Below are positions 44,099 through 53,538 of a DNA stretch of 64,000 bases, one piece after another. Both the position numbers and the translations under genes were made by a program. Every line of letters starts with the position of its first letter. Within the stretch, counting starts at the first letter, position 1. The stretch covers positions 10,875 to 74,874 of the forward strand of contig PRDI01000039.1 in assembly GCA_003345595.1 (NCBI GenBank), written 5' to 3'. The notes under the pieces were generated by a model, which did no database searches, was not told the DNA's origin, and worked only from the letters and a program-made list of their open reading frames with translations. The DNA comes from Candidatus Thorarchaeota archaeon. Its GTDB lineage: Archaea; Asgardarchaeota; Thorarchaeia; Thorarchaeales; Thorarchaeaceae.

Positions 44099-44404
44099 AT
44101 GGGACTGTCCCATTGGACGAACAAGTGGGTTCTAATGCTGATAGCAGGCATAGCGATTCAGGCCGTGGCCTATCCTTTGATATGGAACCTTCAGCTGTTC
44201 ACGCACCAATTCTTTTCTGATGTGTTTGTCATATGCATTGGCGCGCTTGTGATTCAGTTCATAGGTTTCTCTGTCATCATGGCAAAGACGAAAAATCAGG
44301 ACCCGAAGATCTACGCACAGGGTCGACCGTTCAAACACAAGCTGCGTGAAGAGGACAAGGAAGAGGCTACTCGAAAGCCCACCTTTACGGGTACCACGAG
44401 TTGA
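44099..44404 (+). CDS. Small 2-TM membrane protein
   Basis: GAGGAG RBS, two hydrophobic helices, charged tail. Confidence 0.7.
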   Translation: MGLSHWTNKWVLMLIAGIAIQAVAYPLIWNLQLFTHQFFSDVFVICIGALVIQFIGFSVIMAKTKNQDPKIYAQGRPFKHKLREEDKEEATRKPTFTGTTS

Positions 44405-44465
44405 TGTCGAATAGCCCCAGCTTCTCCAGCCAGGCCGCTCGGGTTCACCACCATATCTTCGGTGG

Positions 44466-45266
44466 CTAATGGGGGGGTATGAAGCCCGGGAACCAGATAT
44501 TCAGCAGCGGCATGTAAGGGTAGATGACCATGGTGACGACTACAAGAATAGCGAATGTCAATGTGTGAACGGCTGTGACGTATGTGTAGTATGGCCTGAT
44601 GTATGAGTAGAAGGCAAAGGCAGGGATCGAAATAGCAGCCATTGCCATGACTTCAACTGGGTCGAAGAAGAACGGCATGGTCACTGGCCACAGGAGGTAG
44701 AAGAGGGCTGTTATCTTGGCGTTTGTTGTTTCATGATGCGCAATCTTATGAATTCCATCGACAGCCTGAGAGAGAAAGAAGACGGGGATGACAAGCCACC
44801 ACTGGAATGCGACAAAGAACATGGCTCCAGCATAGAACAGCAGGTCTCCTACGCTTTCCACTCTCTCCCATAGTGGGTTTCGACTCAGGTACTCTGTGGC
44901 TTCAGTCATGAAATACCCTATCATTTGCATGAGGACAAGTAGCGGTAGGAGCGCAAACGAGATGACTATCATCAATACTGCTCCCTTGGGCAGTTCGGGG
45001 ATTTTACCCTCATTGAAGTTGTCTAGAGGGTAGATACCATGCAACATGATGGCAGTGACTAGTGCCAGTAGTCCACTTGGAATGGTGAAAAAGGGTTGCA
45101 GAAGGAAGCCTATTGGTCCTAGGAATGCGTAGACATTCCCCAGAAGAGAGTCAGGTTTCAGATACCAGACACCAAACACGACAAGGAGCTCGGGAATCAG
45201 CATCTTCATTCTGTAGTCCTGAATGAACTTCATGACTAGTCCGGGCTGCTTGCTGGGCACCTGCAC
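44466..45266 (-). CDS. Polytopic membrane protein of unknown function
   Basis: Highly hydrophobic 266-aa ORF; AGGAG upstream of the GTG. Confidence 0.75.
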   Translation of the reverse strand: MQVPSKQPGLVMKFIQDYRMKMLIPELLVVFGVWYLKPDSLLGNVYAFLGPIGFLLQPFFTIPSGLLALVTAIMLHGIYPLDNFNEGKIPELPKGAVLMIVISFALLPLLVLMQMIGYFMTEATEYLSRNPLWERVESVGDLLFYAGAMFFVAFQWWLVIPVFFLSQAVDGIHKIAHHETTNAKITALFYLLWPVTMPFFFDPVEVMAMAAISIPAFAFYSYIRPYYTYVTAVHTLTFAILVVVTMVIYPYMPLLNIWFPGFIPPH

Positions 45267-45391
45267 GGCCTCGACTCTCCTGTTTGAGGCGGAACCTGTG
45301 CTTACCTCTTAAGCCTATCTTGTTGTGCAGCCAGTTTCCGCGGTTCTATCGTTCCTACATCGTCAAAATCGAATCGAGAGTTCGACTACTT

Positions 45392-46426
45392 TCAGAGAAG
45401 CCGCTTGATTGTTTCTTCGAAGATTGACCTGAACTCATTGCTCTTCTCGTGAATCTCTTTTGAGAGCGGGCTACTGGCTCTGGACAGACCGCATTGTGTC
45501 GAAATCATTGCCCGGTCATGCAAGAGATCCAGGCTAACTGTGCTCTTTTGGAATGACTCGAGCACCAGTTTCAGATTCCTCCGAAGGGTTTCGGTGACTG
45601 GGGTGATATAAGCATCATCAACATTCGGAAGTACGCCTAGTCCAAGTGCGCCTCCCCTTTCCATAAAGGAATTGATACTCTCCGCTTGTCCCGGGTCAAT
45701 CTCCGGCAGAAATGCCAGCACGTCGATGTGCACTATCTTGGGGACGCCGTCCCACAGGATGTAAGAGCTGTTGCTGGAGAGCAGCCGCCAGTCATCGCAG
45801 TAATGGTACGCCGGGACAACCGACTTAGGGAACAGTTTTTCTGTACCATCAATGACCTGCCTCAGAGTAAGGCCATCAGCTCGACCATCCCTTATCATTT
45901 TGACCACGAATCCAAGAGCAGGGTCGTCCTGACACAGGAAGACAGTCTTGCAGGAACGTGATAGATGCTCAACCTGGCCCTTCGCAACTCTTGTCATAAG
46001 TGACGAATAAAAGTGAAACATCCTCTGAGACACAAGTTGCCTGCCGTCGCTTCCTCTAGTGCTGAAACACATCGTGGCTGGCGCAGTTTGTTGTGTCTTG
46101 AAAAACTCGTACCGGCTTCCATCCATCATCAGATATAATCCGTGTGCATGGCTCTGATCTGGGATTAGCGGCATACCATTCTGCGTCATCTCTTGATACG
46201 CATACAGATCTAGGTCGAGTATGTAGTCACCCTTCTCTTCAAAACCCTCGACCAGCGATCCGAACTGTCGTATCATGTCCTCTTCCTTGATTCTCGGGAC
46301 TTGATACGCATAGGGCAGCTTGAGCCTCTTCACATAAGGCAAAGCAGCCTTTGGGTCCGATTCCCCAACACTGCCCACCCCGAGGAACTCTCCCACGAGC
46401 TGCCCAGGTAGGACTCTCTGTGTCAT
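45392..46426 (-). CDS. Single-barrel cobalamin-independent methionine synthase (MetE C-terminal)-like protein
   Basis: GVGS N-terminus, QDDPAL (DEP-like), HYC and TQCGL putative Zn ligands. Confidence 0.65.
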   Translation of the reverse strand: MTQRVLPGQLVGEFLGVGSVGESDPKAALPYVKRLKLPYAYQVPRIKEEDMIRQFGSLVEGFEEKGDYILDLDLYAYQEMTQNGMPLIPDQSHAHGLYLMMDGSRYEFFKTQQTAPATMCFSTRGSDGRQLVSQRMFHFYSSLMTRVAKGQVEHLSRSCKTVFLCQDDPALGFVVKMIRDGRADGLTLRQVIDGTEKLFPKSVVPAYHYCDDWRLLSSNSSYILWDGVPKIVHIDVLAFLPEIDPGQAESINSFMERGGALGLGVLPNVDDAYITPVTETLRRNLKLVLESFQKSTVSLDLLHDRAMISTQCGLSRASSPLSKEIHEKSNEFRSIFEETIKRLL

Positions 46427-48147
46427 TCCCTTTTCTCCCTGACCGTGTGGGCCTTCCGTCTTACTACCTTGTTACAAGATTGGAGCGCCGGGCAACCGAA
46501 ACACGCCTCTGGAGCATCAGAGAGCGTCTGCTCGCCGTATAGCAAGACCTGTTCGGCCACCGCTGATCCTTGAGTTTCCTGAGGCTCTGGCTTCTTCTTA
46601 TCAGCTCTAGTAACATTGCACTTGTGATTCCGCAATTCCTCGGCGAGCTTGTCGATGTCACCCTGCAACACTACAGCCATCGGTCCTACTCTCTTGACTA
46701 CGCTATGTGCAAAGTCTTCTATAAGTAGAAGATTCTCAAGGTCTTTCTCAGTTTCCGTTTCCAACAACAGGACCTGAGACACCGTTGCGAACGTTGCTTG
46801 CGAAATCCAGTCTTTGATTGAGCGGACAACGTTCGCAGGAACTGGCTTACTGCTCTCCTCCTCCAAGAAACCAAGAATGTCTCGTTCTCTAAGACCCATT
46901 TCGATGGCTTGGAAGACTGACTTGTCAGTCATTTTGAGCGTGGTCACCACATCTGTTCTGATGGGCTCCGTGAACAGCATCAATCTGTAGATCTTGTGAT
47001 AGTCCATTTCGGACGTGAACACGGTGATTTCGAAGTTGGGCTGAACGAGGAAGGTTTCATGACTCTCCTCAGCTTTCAGCGTCTGGTTTGCAATTACTGC
47101 GGCACCTATTGGAGTCAGGGTTACGAACTGGAGAGTCTTACCCCTGTATGCGCCCTCCAGAAGTCCCAAGAGGATTGGCGTTTCCAGTGCCGTACTTACT
47201 CTCTCCTCATCGACTTGGATCCATTTCAGCGGCTGATTCTCAATGAAGAGCTCACTCCGAATCCAGTCCCGCAGTTCTGTTACACTTATCCACTCATCCT
47301 GCTTGCTTTCGCGTAGCCTGCAGACGGCGAGGTTGAGAGTGTACTCAGTAGGTTGATCGGGTGTCGCCCATATGGCCCTTGTATGGCCAAGAGAGGAGAG
47401 AAGTATCCGACGAGCGACTTGGTCCTGTTGCCCTGCAAAAAGGAGGTCAATCTTGGAAGGCACTGCTCTGTCATTCTCAACAATCGAATAGGCTCCTGCC
47501 TTCCGGGCCGTCTTCTGAACCAAGTCGAACCGTTCGTCTGTTGGCTGTGACATGGCTTCCTTCACACGGTCGACGTCCCTCTTCGGGAATTCCCATGAGC
47601 TTGTCATATGTGTTTCTTGCTTCGCAAGATATGAAACGAGGATTAGCATGTCGACAAGGAGAGTGTCCCGATAGTCGACAAACACCTTCAGCCGCTTTGG
47701 CTTCTGTCCGGACGGAACTGGCTTCTCCGAGAAGTACCTGACCAGGTGCGGAGTAAGAAAGTCCAATATCTTGAACTCGGCCACTTCTCTGCCCAACTCA
47801 GTGAGTCTTGACATCACCCTTCTTACTATGATTCCCTTCTTCCGAAGATCCTTTTCGGTCTGGTTCAGCTGGCCATAGCTGTATACTTTTCTGTACGGTT
47901 TGAGCCTGTCATAGCTCATGGCGCCACCGCTGAGGGACAGCATCCCAAGGAGATCCTTCTCTTTGGAGTCAAAGGTGCTGAAGACGCGGTCTCGGGCCTG
48001 CTTTGACCTCATCCTCTCAGCTAGCAATCTAATGAGAGATGTCCCCGAGGAAGAGCCGCTCACTTCCACGCCCCAGTATTGGCACGCAGCGATTAGGTCC
48101 TCTCTGAGCATGTGTTCGAGCTCTTGCTCCAGCGTTTCCTTTGACAT
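46423..48147 (-). CDS. Helicase-associated (XPB-binding, Helicase_C_3 / p52-Tfb2-like) domain protein
   Basis: LVQPNFEITV...TDKSVFQAIEMG....ILGFLEEES..PVPANVVRSIKDW. Confidence 0.8.
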   Translation of the reverse strand: MSKETLEQELEHMLREDLIAACQYWGVEVSGSSSGTSLIRLLAERMRSKQARDRVFSTFDSKEKDLLGMLSLSGGAMSYDRLKPYRKVYSYGQLNQTEKDLRKKGIIVRRVMSRLTELGREVAEFKILDFLTPHLVRYFSEKPVPSGQKPKRLKVFVDYRDTLLVDMLILVSYLAKQETHMTSSWEFPKRDVDRVKEAMSQPTDERFDLVQKTARKAGAYSIVENDRAVPSKIDLLFAGQQDQVARRILLSSLGHTRAIWATPDQPTEYTLNLAVCRLRESKQDEWISVTELRDWIRSELFIENQPLKWIQVDEERVSTALETPILLGLLEGAYRGKTLQFVTLTPIGAAVIANQTLKAEESHETFLVQPNFEITVFTSEMDYHKIYRLMLFTEPIRTDVVTTLKMTDKSVFQAIEMGLRERDILGFLEEESSKPVPANVVRSIKDWISQATFATVSQVLLLETETEKDLENLLLIEDFAHSVVKRVGPMAVVLQGDIDKLAEELRNHKCNVTRADKKKPEPQETQGSAVAEQVLLYGEQTLSDAPEACFGCPALQSCNKVVRRKAHTVREKRE

Positions 48148-48332
48148 ATCGACTTGCTATCCTCTGTCGTTCACTCGAAGTTTCGCAAACAAGCAGCCTG
48201 AAACCATCAGTTTATGATGGTTTCGGTGTTGTCAACCTTTAGTTACGGGGGAGCATCTTCCGACTGCTAGAAGCAGAGTAGGGAGGGGCAGGCTTATCTT
48301 GTCTGCGCAGGACATCTTACTTGGTGCGATAG

Positions 48333-49448
48333 GTGGAGCCAGCGCTCTGGTCCATAAAATACAGTCCTCAGGCATGGGACGACTTCGTCGGTCAAGACGA
48401 TGCCATCTCACAATTGAGGAAACTTGCAGAGTCAAAGACCGGTCAGAACATGATCTTCTGCGGCCCGGCGGGCACTGGCAAGTCGTGCGCTGCCTTTGTC
48501 TTTTCGCGGGCTCTGTTGGGGGACACATTCACTGCGAATTTCAAATACCTGAACGTCCGCGACCTAAGAGAAACCACAGTTGCCAAGGCCAAGCGCGATC
48601 TCCAGACGTTGTCGAAGCTCGAGAGAAGCGAACGCACGGAGTTGGACGAATACATGTCCGCCGTGTACAAGGAGGCAAAGGCAGACTTGGCTCTGAAGGG
48701 GCATACTGGTGAGCCCAACAAGAGCCAACTCCTGCACGAGGCAATCAGACTGTTTGCATCTACTATCACTGTCAGCGATGAGATGGTCAAGTACTTGGTT
48801 CTAGATGAGGCTGATGCACTTGACAGGAATATGCAACAGGCGTTGCGCAGGACTATGGAGATGTACAGTGACGCATGTCGCTTTATTCTGACAACTCCAT
48901 CTCTCGCAGGCTGGAACACTGCTGTTGTTTCGCGGTGCTTGGTCGTCAGGTTTCCTGCCCCACAGGATGATGTCGTCGAGAAGCTTCTCAGGACGATAGC
49001 GACGAAGGAGCGTGTGAAGTGTGATGACAAGGCATTCAGAGCGATTGCCCGTGAGTCGTCAGGTGATATGCGTCGAGCCATCAACCTTCTTCAGGTGTGT
49101 GCGGCAGGAGTTCAATCTGTGACAGAGGATGTGGTGTACGAGTGCTCTGAAAACCAGCTCAACAAGGACGTTCGGGAGATGGTGTCCCTTGTTGTCAACG
49201 GATCGTTTGCTCAGGGGAGGGATCTCATGAAGCGGCTGTTGGCAGTGGATAGTTACGGCCCCGATGAGATATGCATTGCAGTCCAGGCGGACATCATGAA
49301 CAGACCACTAGACTCACTGACTACAGATCGAATCCTTCAACGTATTGCAGACATTGAATATCGCATTACGCAGGCGAAGAACCCGTTCGTCCATTTGTCT
49401 GCCCTCTTGGCGTCGATTGGTGAGATGACGTCGGCGAAGACTGCCTAG
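48333..49448 (+). CDS. rfcS: Replication factor C small subunit-like clamp-loader ATPase
   Basis: WSIKYSP, GPAGTGKS, LDEADAL, QQALRRTME, SRC arginine finger, GDMRRAIN. Confidence 0.88.
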   Translation: MEPALWSIKYSPQAWDDFVGQDDAISQLRKLAESKTGQNMIFCGPAGTGKSCAAFVFSRALLGDTFTANFKYLNVRDLRETTVAKAKRDLQTLSKLERSERTELDEYMSAVYKEAKADLALKGHTGEPNKSQLLHEAIRLFASTITVSDEMVKYLVLDEADALDRNMQQALRRTMEMYSDACRFILTTPSLAGWNTAVVSRCLVVRFPAPQDDVVEKLLRTIATKERVKCDDKAFRAIARESSGDMRRAINLLQVCAAGVQSVTEDVVYECSENQLNKDVREMVSLVVNGSFAQGRDLMKRLLAVDSYGPDEICIAVQADIMNRPLDSLTTDRILQRIADIEYRITQAKNPFVHLSALLASIGEMTSAKTA

Positions 49449-49732
49449 TGCATGGGCTCGAACTTCGTGTCGACCACTACTGAGTCCTGAAGCTTGCCCA
49501 CCAAGTCTGGACCCAGTGCTTGACGGTCAAAGAGGAACACCGGGCAAAGCAATTCTCCTTCTCTGGAAATGAGGTCATTCTGGAGCGCGACTGTTAGCAT
49601 CCTTCTCACATTACTCGGTGTGCCAAACCTCCACCTGAAGGACAGTAGCTCCACGGCCTCCTCTACCTTGACTGGGCATCCCTGCTTTCTGAAGAGGTGT
49701 GCCAGTATGAGCAGGACCTCTCTTCCATTCAT
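49445..49732 (-). CDS. Small archaeal wHTH protein (DUF2240-like)
   Basis: AHLFRKQG, LSFRWRFGTPSNVRRML.A...DLI pattern. Confidence 0.6.
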   Translation of the reverse strand: MNGREVLLILAHLFRKQGCPVKVEEAVELLSFRWRFGTPSNVRRMLTVALQNDLISREGELLCPVFLFDRQALGPDLVGKLQDSVVVDTKFEPMH

Positions 49733-49794
49733 GCGCCTTCCGTGCTCGGTGTTCTTTAAGTACTTTGACTTGCTGAGGGGTCGTCGTTTCCGAC

Positions 49795-50754
49795 ATGAGT
49801 CCTCAAGTCAAGATCGTGCATGGGCACTCCTTACCGGAACTGGAGAATCAAGTGAGCTCCGCACTGGGCGGCGGGTTGGATGTCACGATTGACGCTTCCC
49901 TCCTAGGCGGCTGGAGCAACATCACTCTCTTGACGTACTCACAGGGACGTACCTTTGTCCTGAAACTCCCGGCCACGAAGGGCCCTTTCGCTTCGCACCC
50001 CTACGCCCAAGAGTACAGGGTGATGGACTTCCTTTCCCGAGACGGGCTCTGCCCAAAACCTGTGAAGATTGGTCGTCTGAACGATGAAGATCGCACACCG
50101 TTCATGGTGTCTGAGTATGTCGAGGGTGTGGTCAGGTCAAGCTTGGCTGAGGTGACCGGCAGTGACCTGCACAATCTCCGAGTCGCGTTGAGTCGTCTTT
50201 CAGCACGCAGGCCGCCCGGTGTAAAGTCGTACAAGAAGCCTTCTGACTACCTGTCAAGTATCGCAAACACAGTCAAGCAGTCAACAATGGGGGCAGCATC
50301 CCCGTCACCCAACCTCGGCCGCCTTCTTGAGTCATTTGAGGCAGTCGTCGAGCGAGTGGGGGACCTTGCTGATTCGTCCTACATTTGGTCAGGGAAAACG
50401 ATGCATGGTGACCTGCAAAGGTCCAACGTCATTATTCAACCGAATCGGATTGTGCTAATAGATCTCGGTTCCTGCTGCATTGGTGAGCCGCTCCTTGACT
50501 TGGCTTATTTCTTCAGTCAGGATGAGGGCCCAATACTGAGCATTCGCCGTGAAGTCCTGTCCTCGGGCGATGAGTTACCCATTATAGAGGGTCTAAGGCC
50601 CCTTGCAGTCATTTCGGCTGTAGGATGGAGTCTTCAGTTTCTGCAGCGACTGGAGGCTGATCTGTTCGATGGCACTGCATTAGCTCCTGACGCTGGAACA
50701 AGAGTATCTAGGTATGTTGAAGACAAGATGCAGTATCTGGCCTCCCTCAGGTAA
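49795..50754 (+). CDS. APH/choline-kinase family phosphotransferase
   Basis: LGGWSN, VLKLP, EY, HGDLQRSNVI, LIDLG, DLA. Confidence 0.85.
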   Translation: MSPQVKIVHGHSLPELENQVSSALGGGLDVTIDASLLGGWSNITLLTYSQGRTFVLKLPATKGPFASHPYAQEYRVMDFLSRDGLCPKPVKIGRLNDEDRTPFMVSEYVEGVVRSSLAEVTGSDLHNLRVALSRLSARRPPGVKSYKKPSDYLSSIANTVKQSTMGAASPSPNLGRLLESFEAVVERVGDLADSSYIWSGKTMHGDLQRSNVIIQPNRIVLIDLGSCCIGEPLLDLAYFFSQDEGPILSIRREVLSSGDELPIIEGLRPLAVISAVGWSLQFLQRLEADLFDGTALAPDAGTRVSRYVEDKMQYLASLR

Positions 50755-50822
50755 GATTATCAGTCGGCAGGGTCAGCGCCCTCGTCGTTGTTTCGCGGAC
50801 ACACATTTGGCGAGGTGGCGGC

Positions 50823-51653
50823 ATGAGCTATAAGGAACTCCTAGAAAAGGGCAAGAACCTATACAGGACAGGCATAGGTGTTCTAGATGACGAGCTACCC
50901 AATGGCTTTCCATGCAACGCATTCGGAGTCATTAGAGGTCCTGGCGGAGGCGGCAAGTCAGTTATTCTCAATGAGATTGCCAAGTGCATGATGGAGGCAG
51001 GCAAGAGCGTCATCTATGTCTGCTTTGAAGACACTCCGCTCTCGGTACTGCAGAATCTATGCTCACTTGGCTGGGACTATGCAACGATGCTCGACAAGGG
51101 GTTGATACGGCTAGTCGATTGTTTCTCCACCCAAATACTTCATCGCACTGCACCGAGTGAGCATACCACTCTCGTGAGTGATCCTAGCGAGCCAGACCAA
51201 ATAGGTGAAGCGATAAGGGCTATCATCCAAGAGAGTAATCGTCGCAAGATCGGAGCGATATTCATGGACAGCATAACAGAGCTGTTCCTCCAGTCTCAGC
51301 CGTTCAAGGCTGTCAATGCAGTGAAAGCATGGAGAGCAACATTCTGCAAAGAGCTTTCAATACCATTCTGGGCCACTTACCACACCGGTCTCCAGCAGTT
51401 CTCAGCGTACGATGACATAATCACATACATCAGTGACGTCATTGTGGACACCAGGCACGAGCCTGCATTCAGCAAGGCCGGCGTGCTCATCAAACAGTTC
51501 AGAGTGACCAAGGTCAAGGGCGCAGCTCACAATCCCATATGGGTCACGTTCGATGTTGGTATCAAGGGTATAAGGAACGTCGGCATGGATGAGATAAAAC
51601 AGATTGCCAAATCCATCACCCGGTTCGAGTCTCCCGGACCTGAAGGCGACTAG
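50823..51653 (+). CDS. Single-domain KaiC/RAD55-family ATPase
   Basis: TGIGVLDDEL..G.P, GPGGGGKS, FED, IFMDSIT, RVTKVKG. Confidence 0.88.
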   Translation: MSYKELLEKGKNLYRTGIGVLDDELPNGFPCNAFGVIRGPGGGGKSVILNEIAKCMMEAGKSVIYVCFEDTPLSVLQNLCSLGWDYATMLDKGLIRLVDCFSTQILHRTAPSEHTTLVSDPSEPDQIGEAIRAIIQESNRRKIGAIFMDSITELFLQSQPFKAVNAVKAWRATFCKELSIPFWATYHTGLQQFSAYDDIITYISDVIVDTRHEPAFSKAGVLIKQFRVTKVKGAAHNPIWVTFDVGIKGIRNVGMDEIKQIAKSITRFESPGPEGD

Positions 51654-53356
51654 CAGAAGAGTTTCTGAATCGGCTCCTTCCAGACCTCTTCCTCGCCAGA
51701 CGCAATGATGTACTGATAGCCCTGTTCTGTTAGGAAAAGCTGTCTCTTGGCGGCAAAGTCCATATCGCGAGTGTCCTTCGTCACTATGCTATAGAACCTT
51801 GCCAGACTTCCATCAGTCTTGGGTCTAAGGATTCTGCCCAGTCTCTGGGCCTCCTCCTGCCGAGAACCAAAGGTCCCAGACACTTGAATGGCGACATTGG
51901 CATCGGGTAGGTCCAACGCGAAGTTCGCTACTTTCGACACTACCAAAGTCTTGAGTTCACCACGGCGAAAGGCACCATAGAGTTCACCCCGCTCCGTGTT
52001 GCTGGTCTTCCCTGTAATCAATGGCGCGTCGAGTTCGTCAGCGATGATGTTGAGCTGATCAAGATACATGCCGATCACCAGGATGTTGTCCTTATGGTGG
52101 TGCTCGACAATCTTCCTAAGTATCTCAAGCTTGACAGGGTTCTCTGCAGCAATTCGGTACTTCCGTCTGTCTTCTTCCACGGCGTACTTCCGCTTTAGTC
52201 CCTCTGGCAGCTCGATGCGTATCTCATAGCAGACTGCGGTTGCAATCCAGCCTTGGTCTTCCAGCTGCTTCCACGGTACGTCATATTTTTTCGGGCCGAT
52301 AAGGCTGAAAACGTCCTCCTCTCTTTCATCCTCTCTGACCAAGGTTGCCGTCAGGCCCAGTCTTCTTGTGGCCTGAATCGAAGCGGTGACTCTGAAGACA
52401 GGGGCCGGTAGGAGGTGTACCTCGTCATATATGATGAGACCCCATTTCCTAGCCTCGAAGATCTTGAAGTGCTCAAACTCCCCGTCCTTCGACCTACGCC
52501 AGGTGAGAATCTGATATGTCGCAACAGTGACAGGACGTACTGCCTTCGTGTCCCCTGTATACTCGCCTATCTGTTCTGGTTTGAGTGTCGTCTTGTCGAG
52601 CAGCTCAGTTATCCATTGGCGGACTGCCACAACATTAGGGCAGAGTATCAGGACAGACGTCTGAAGCCTGTACATTATTCCCATTCCTACCATAGTCTTC
52701 CCTGCGCCGCACGGGAGAACTACAACCCCTGAACCACCTGAAACTCCCCCGCCTGCGTGAAAGGCAGCTGCAGACGCTTCTTGATAGTCTCTCAGTTTGA
52801 AAGGTCTACCCGACAGACTTGTAGAGCGGAGTTCAAAATGAAGTTCCTCTCCCTCTACATAGCCCGCAACATCTTCCACCGGGTGGCCGAACTCTATCAG
52901 TACTTGTTTTACAAGCCCTCTCATCGACGGTTCAATGACCATCCTCTTCTTGTCCAGTCTCTCAAGGATGAGTTCGCGGACTCTCTTGTTCGTCCAAAGC
53001 TCCTCAGCAAGGTTTTGAGTAGCACAGGAGAGGATCAACCTGTCACCTTCCTTTTCTAGGGAGATCTGCCCGTACCTGCTCATGTAGTCGATGATTTCAC
53101 GGGCTATGTTGCCCGGTATTGGGTACTTAGCATATGTTTCTAGGGTCTTCACAACCTCATCCGGTGTCATCCCGGTCGAAGCGGCGTTCCAGAGACTTAG
53201 TGGAGTGATCCTGTAAGTATGGACGTACTCTGGGCTCTTCACCAGTTCAGCAAATCGGGCAAGAGAATCCCGCGCGACTTCATAGAGGGGATTGTCAACC
53301 TCAAGTAACATTGACTTGTCAGATTGTACTATCAGCGGGTTGCTTGCCTTGGCCAT
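51650..53356 (-). CDS. xpb: DNA repair helicase XPB (bacterial-type Ssl2/Rad25)
   Basis: PLIVQSD, SPEYVHTYRITPLSLWNA, LRDYQ, LPCGAGKT, DEVH, LGLTATLVRED, QRLGRILRPK. Confidence 0.94.
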   Translation of the reverse strand: MAKASNPLIVQSDKSMLLEVDNPLYEVARDSLARFAELVKSPEYVHTYRITPLSLWNAASTGMTPDEVVKTLETYAKYPIPGNIAREIIDYMSRYGQISLEKEGDRLILSCATQNLAEELWTNKRVRELILERLDKKRMVIEPSMRGLVKQVLIEFGHPVEDVAGYVEGEELHFELRSTSLSGRPFKLRDYQEASAAAFHAGGGVSGGSGVVVLPCGAGKTMVGMGIMYRLQTSVLILCPNVVAVRQWITELLDKTTLKPEQIGEYTGDTKAVRPVTVATYQILTWRRSKDGEFEHFKIFEARKWGLIIYDEVHLLPAPVFRVTASIQATRRLGLTATLVREDEREEDVFSLIGPKKYDVPWKQLEDQGWIATAVCYEIRIELPEGLKRKYAVEEDRRKYRIAAENPVKLEILRKIVEHHHKDNILVIGMYLDQLNIIADELDAPLITGKTSNTERGELYGAFRRGELKTLVVSKVANFALDLPDANVAIQVSGTFGSRQEEAQRLGRILRPKTDGSLARFYSIVTKDTRDMDFAAKRQLFLTEQGYQYIIASGEEEVWKEPIQKLFC

Positions 53357-53538
53357 ATGCCGTCGTCTCTTGTCGTCTTGAAAGCTCCAGCTGGCGATAT
53401 TGTGGTGCGCAAATGCCAGACGGAAACCGCAGACACCCGAAATTCCACTGAGATAAAGCCTTCTATATGTGAAGGTCATTCGATGAGTATCTATATAGGC
53501 ACACGAAGGCGGCGGAACAAACTCGGAAGTATCGACGA

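Noticed and set aside
50823-51653. Circadian KaiC clock
   Set aside because: It has a single RecA-like domain and no kaiA or kaiB; this is the widespread archaeal KaiC/RAD55 family
53357-53479. N-terminal extensions in the ORF track (XPB; also 35148-35408, 15517-15615, 55983-56108, 9074-9226)
   Set aside because: Family homology, RBS position or overlap with neighbouring genes points to the downstream ATG starts
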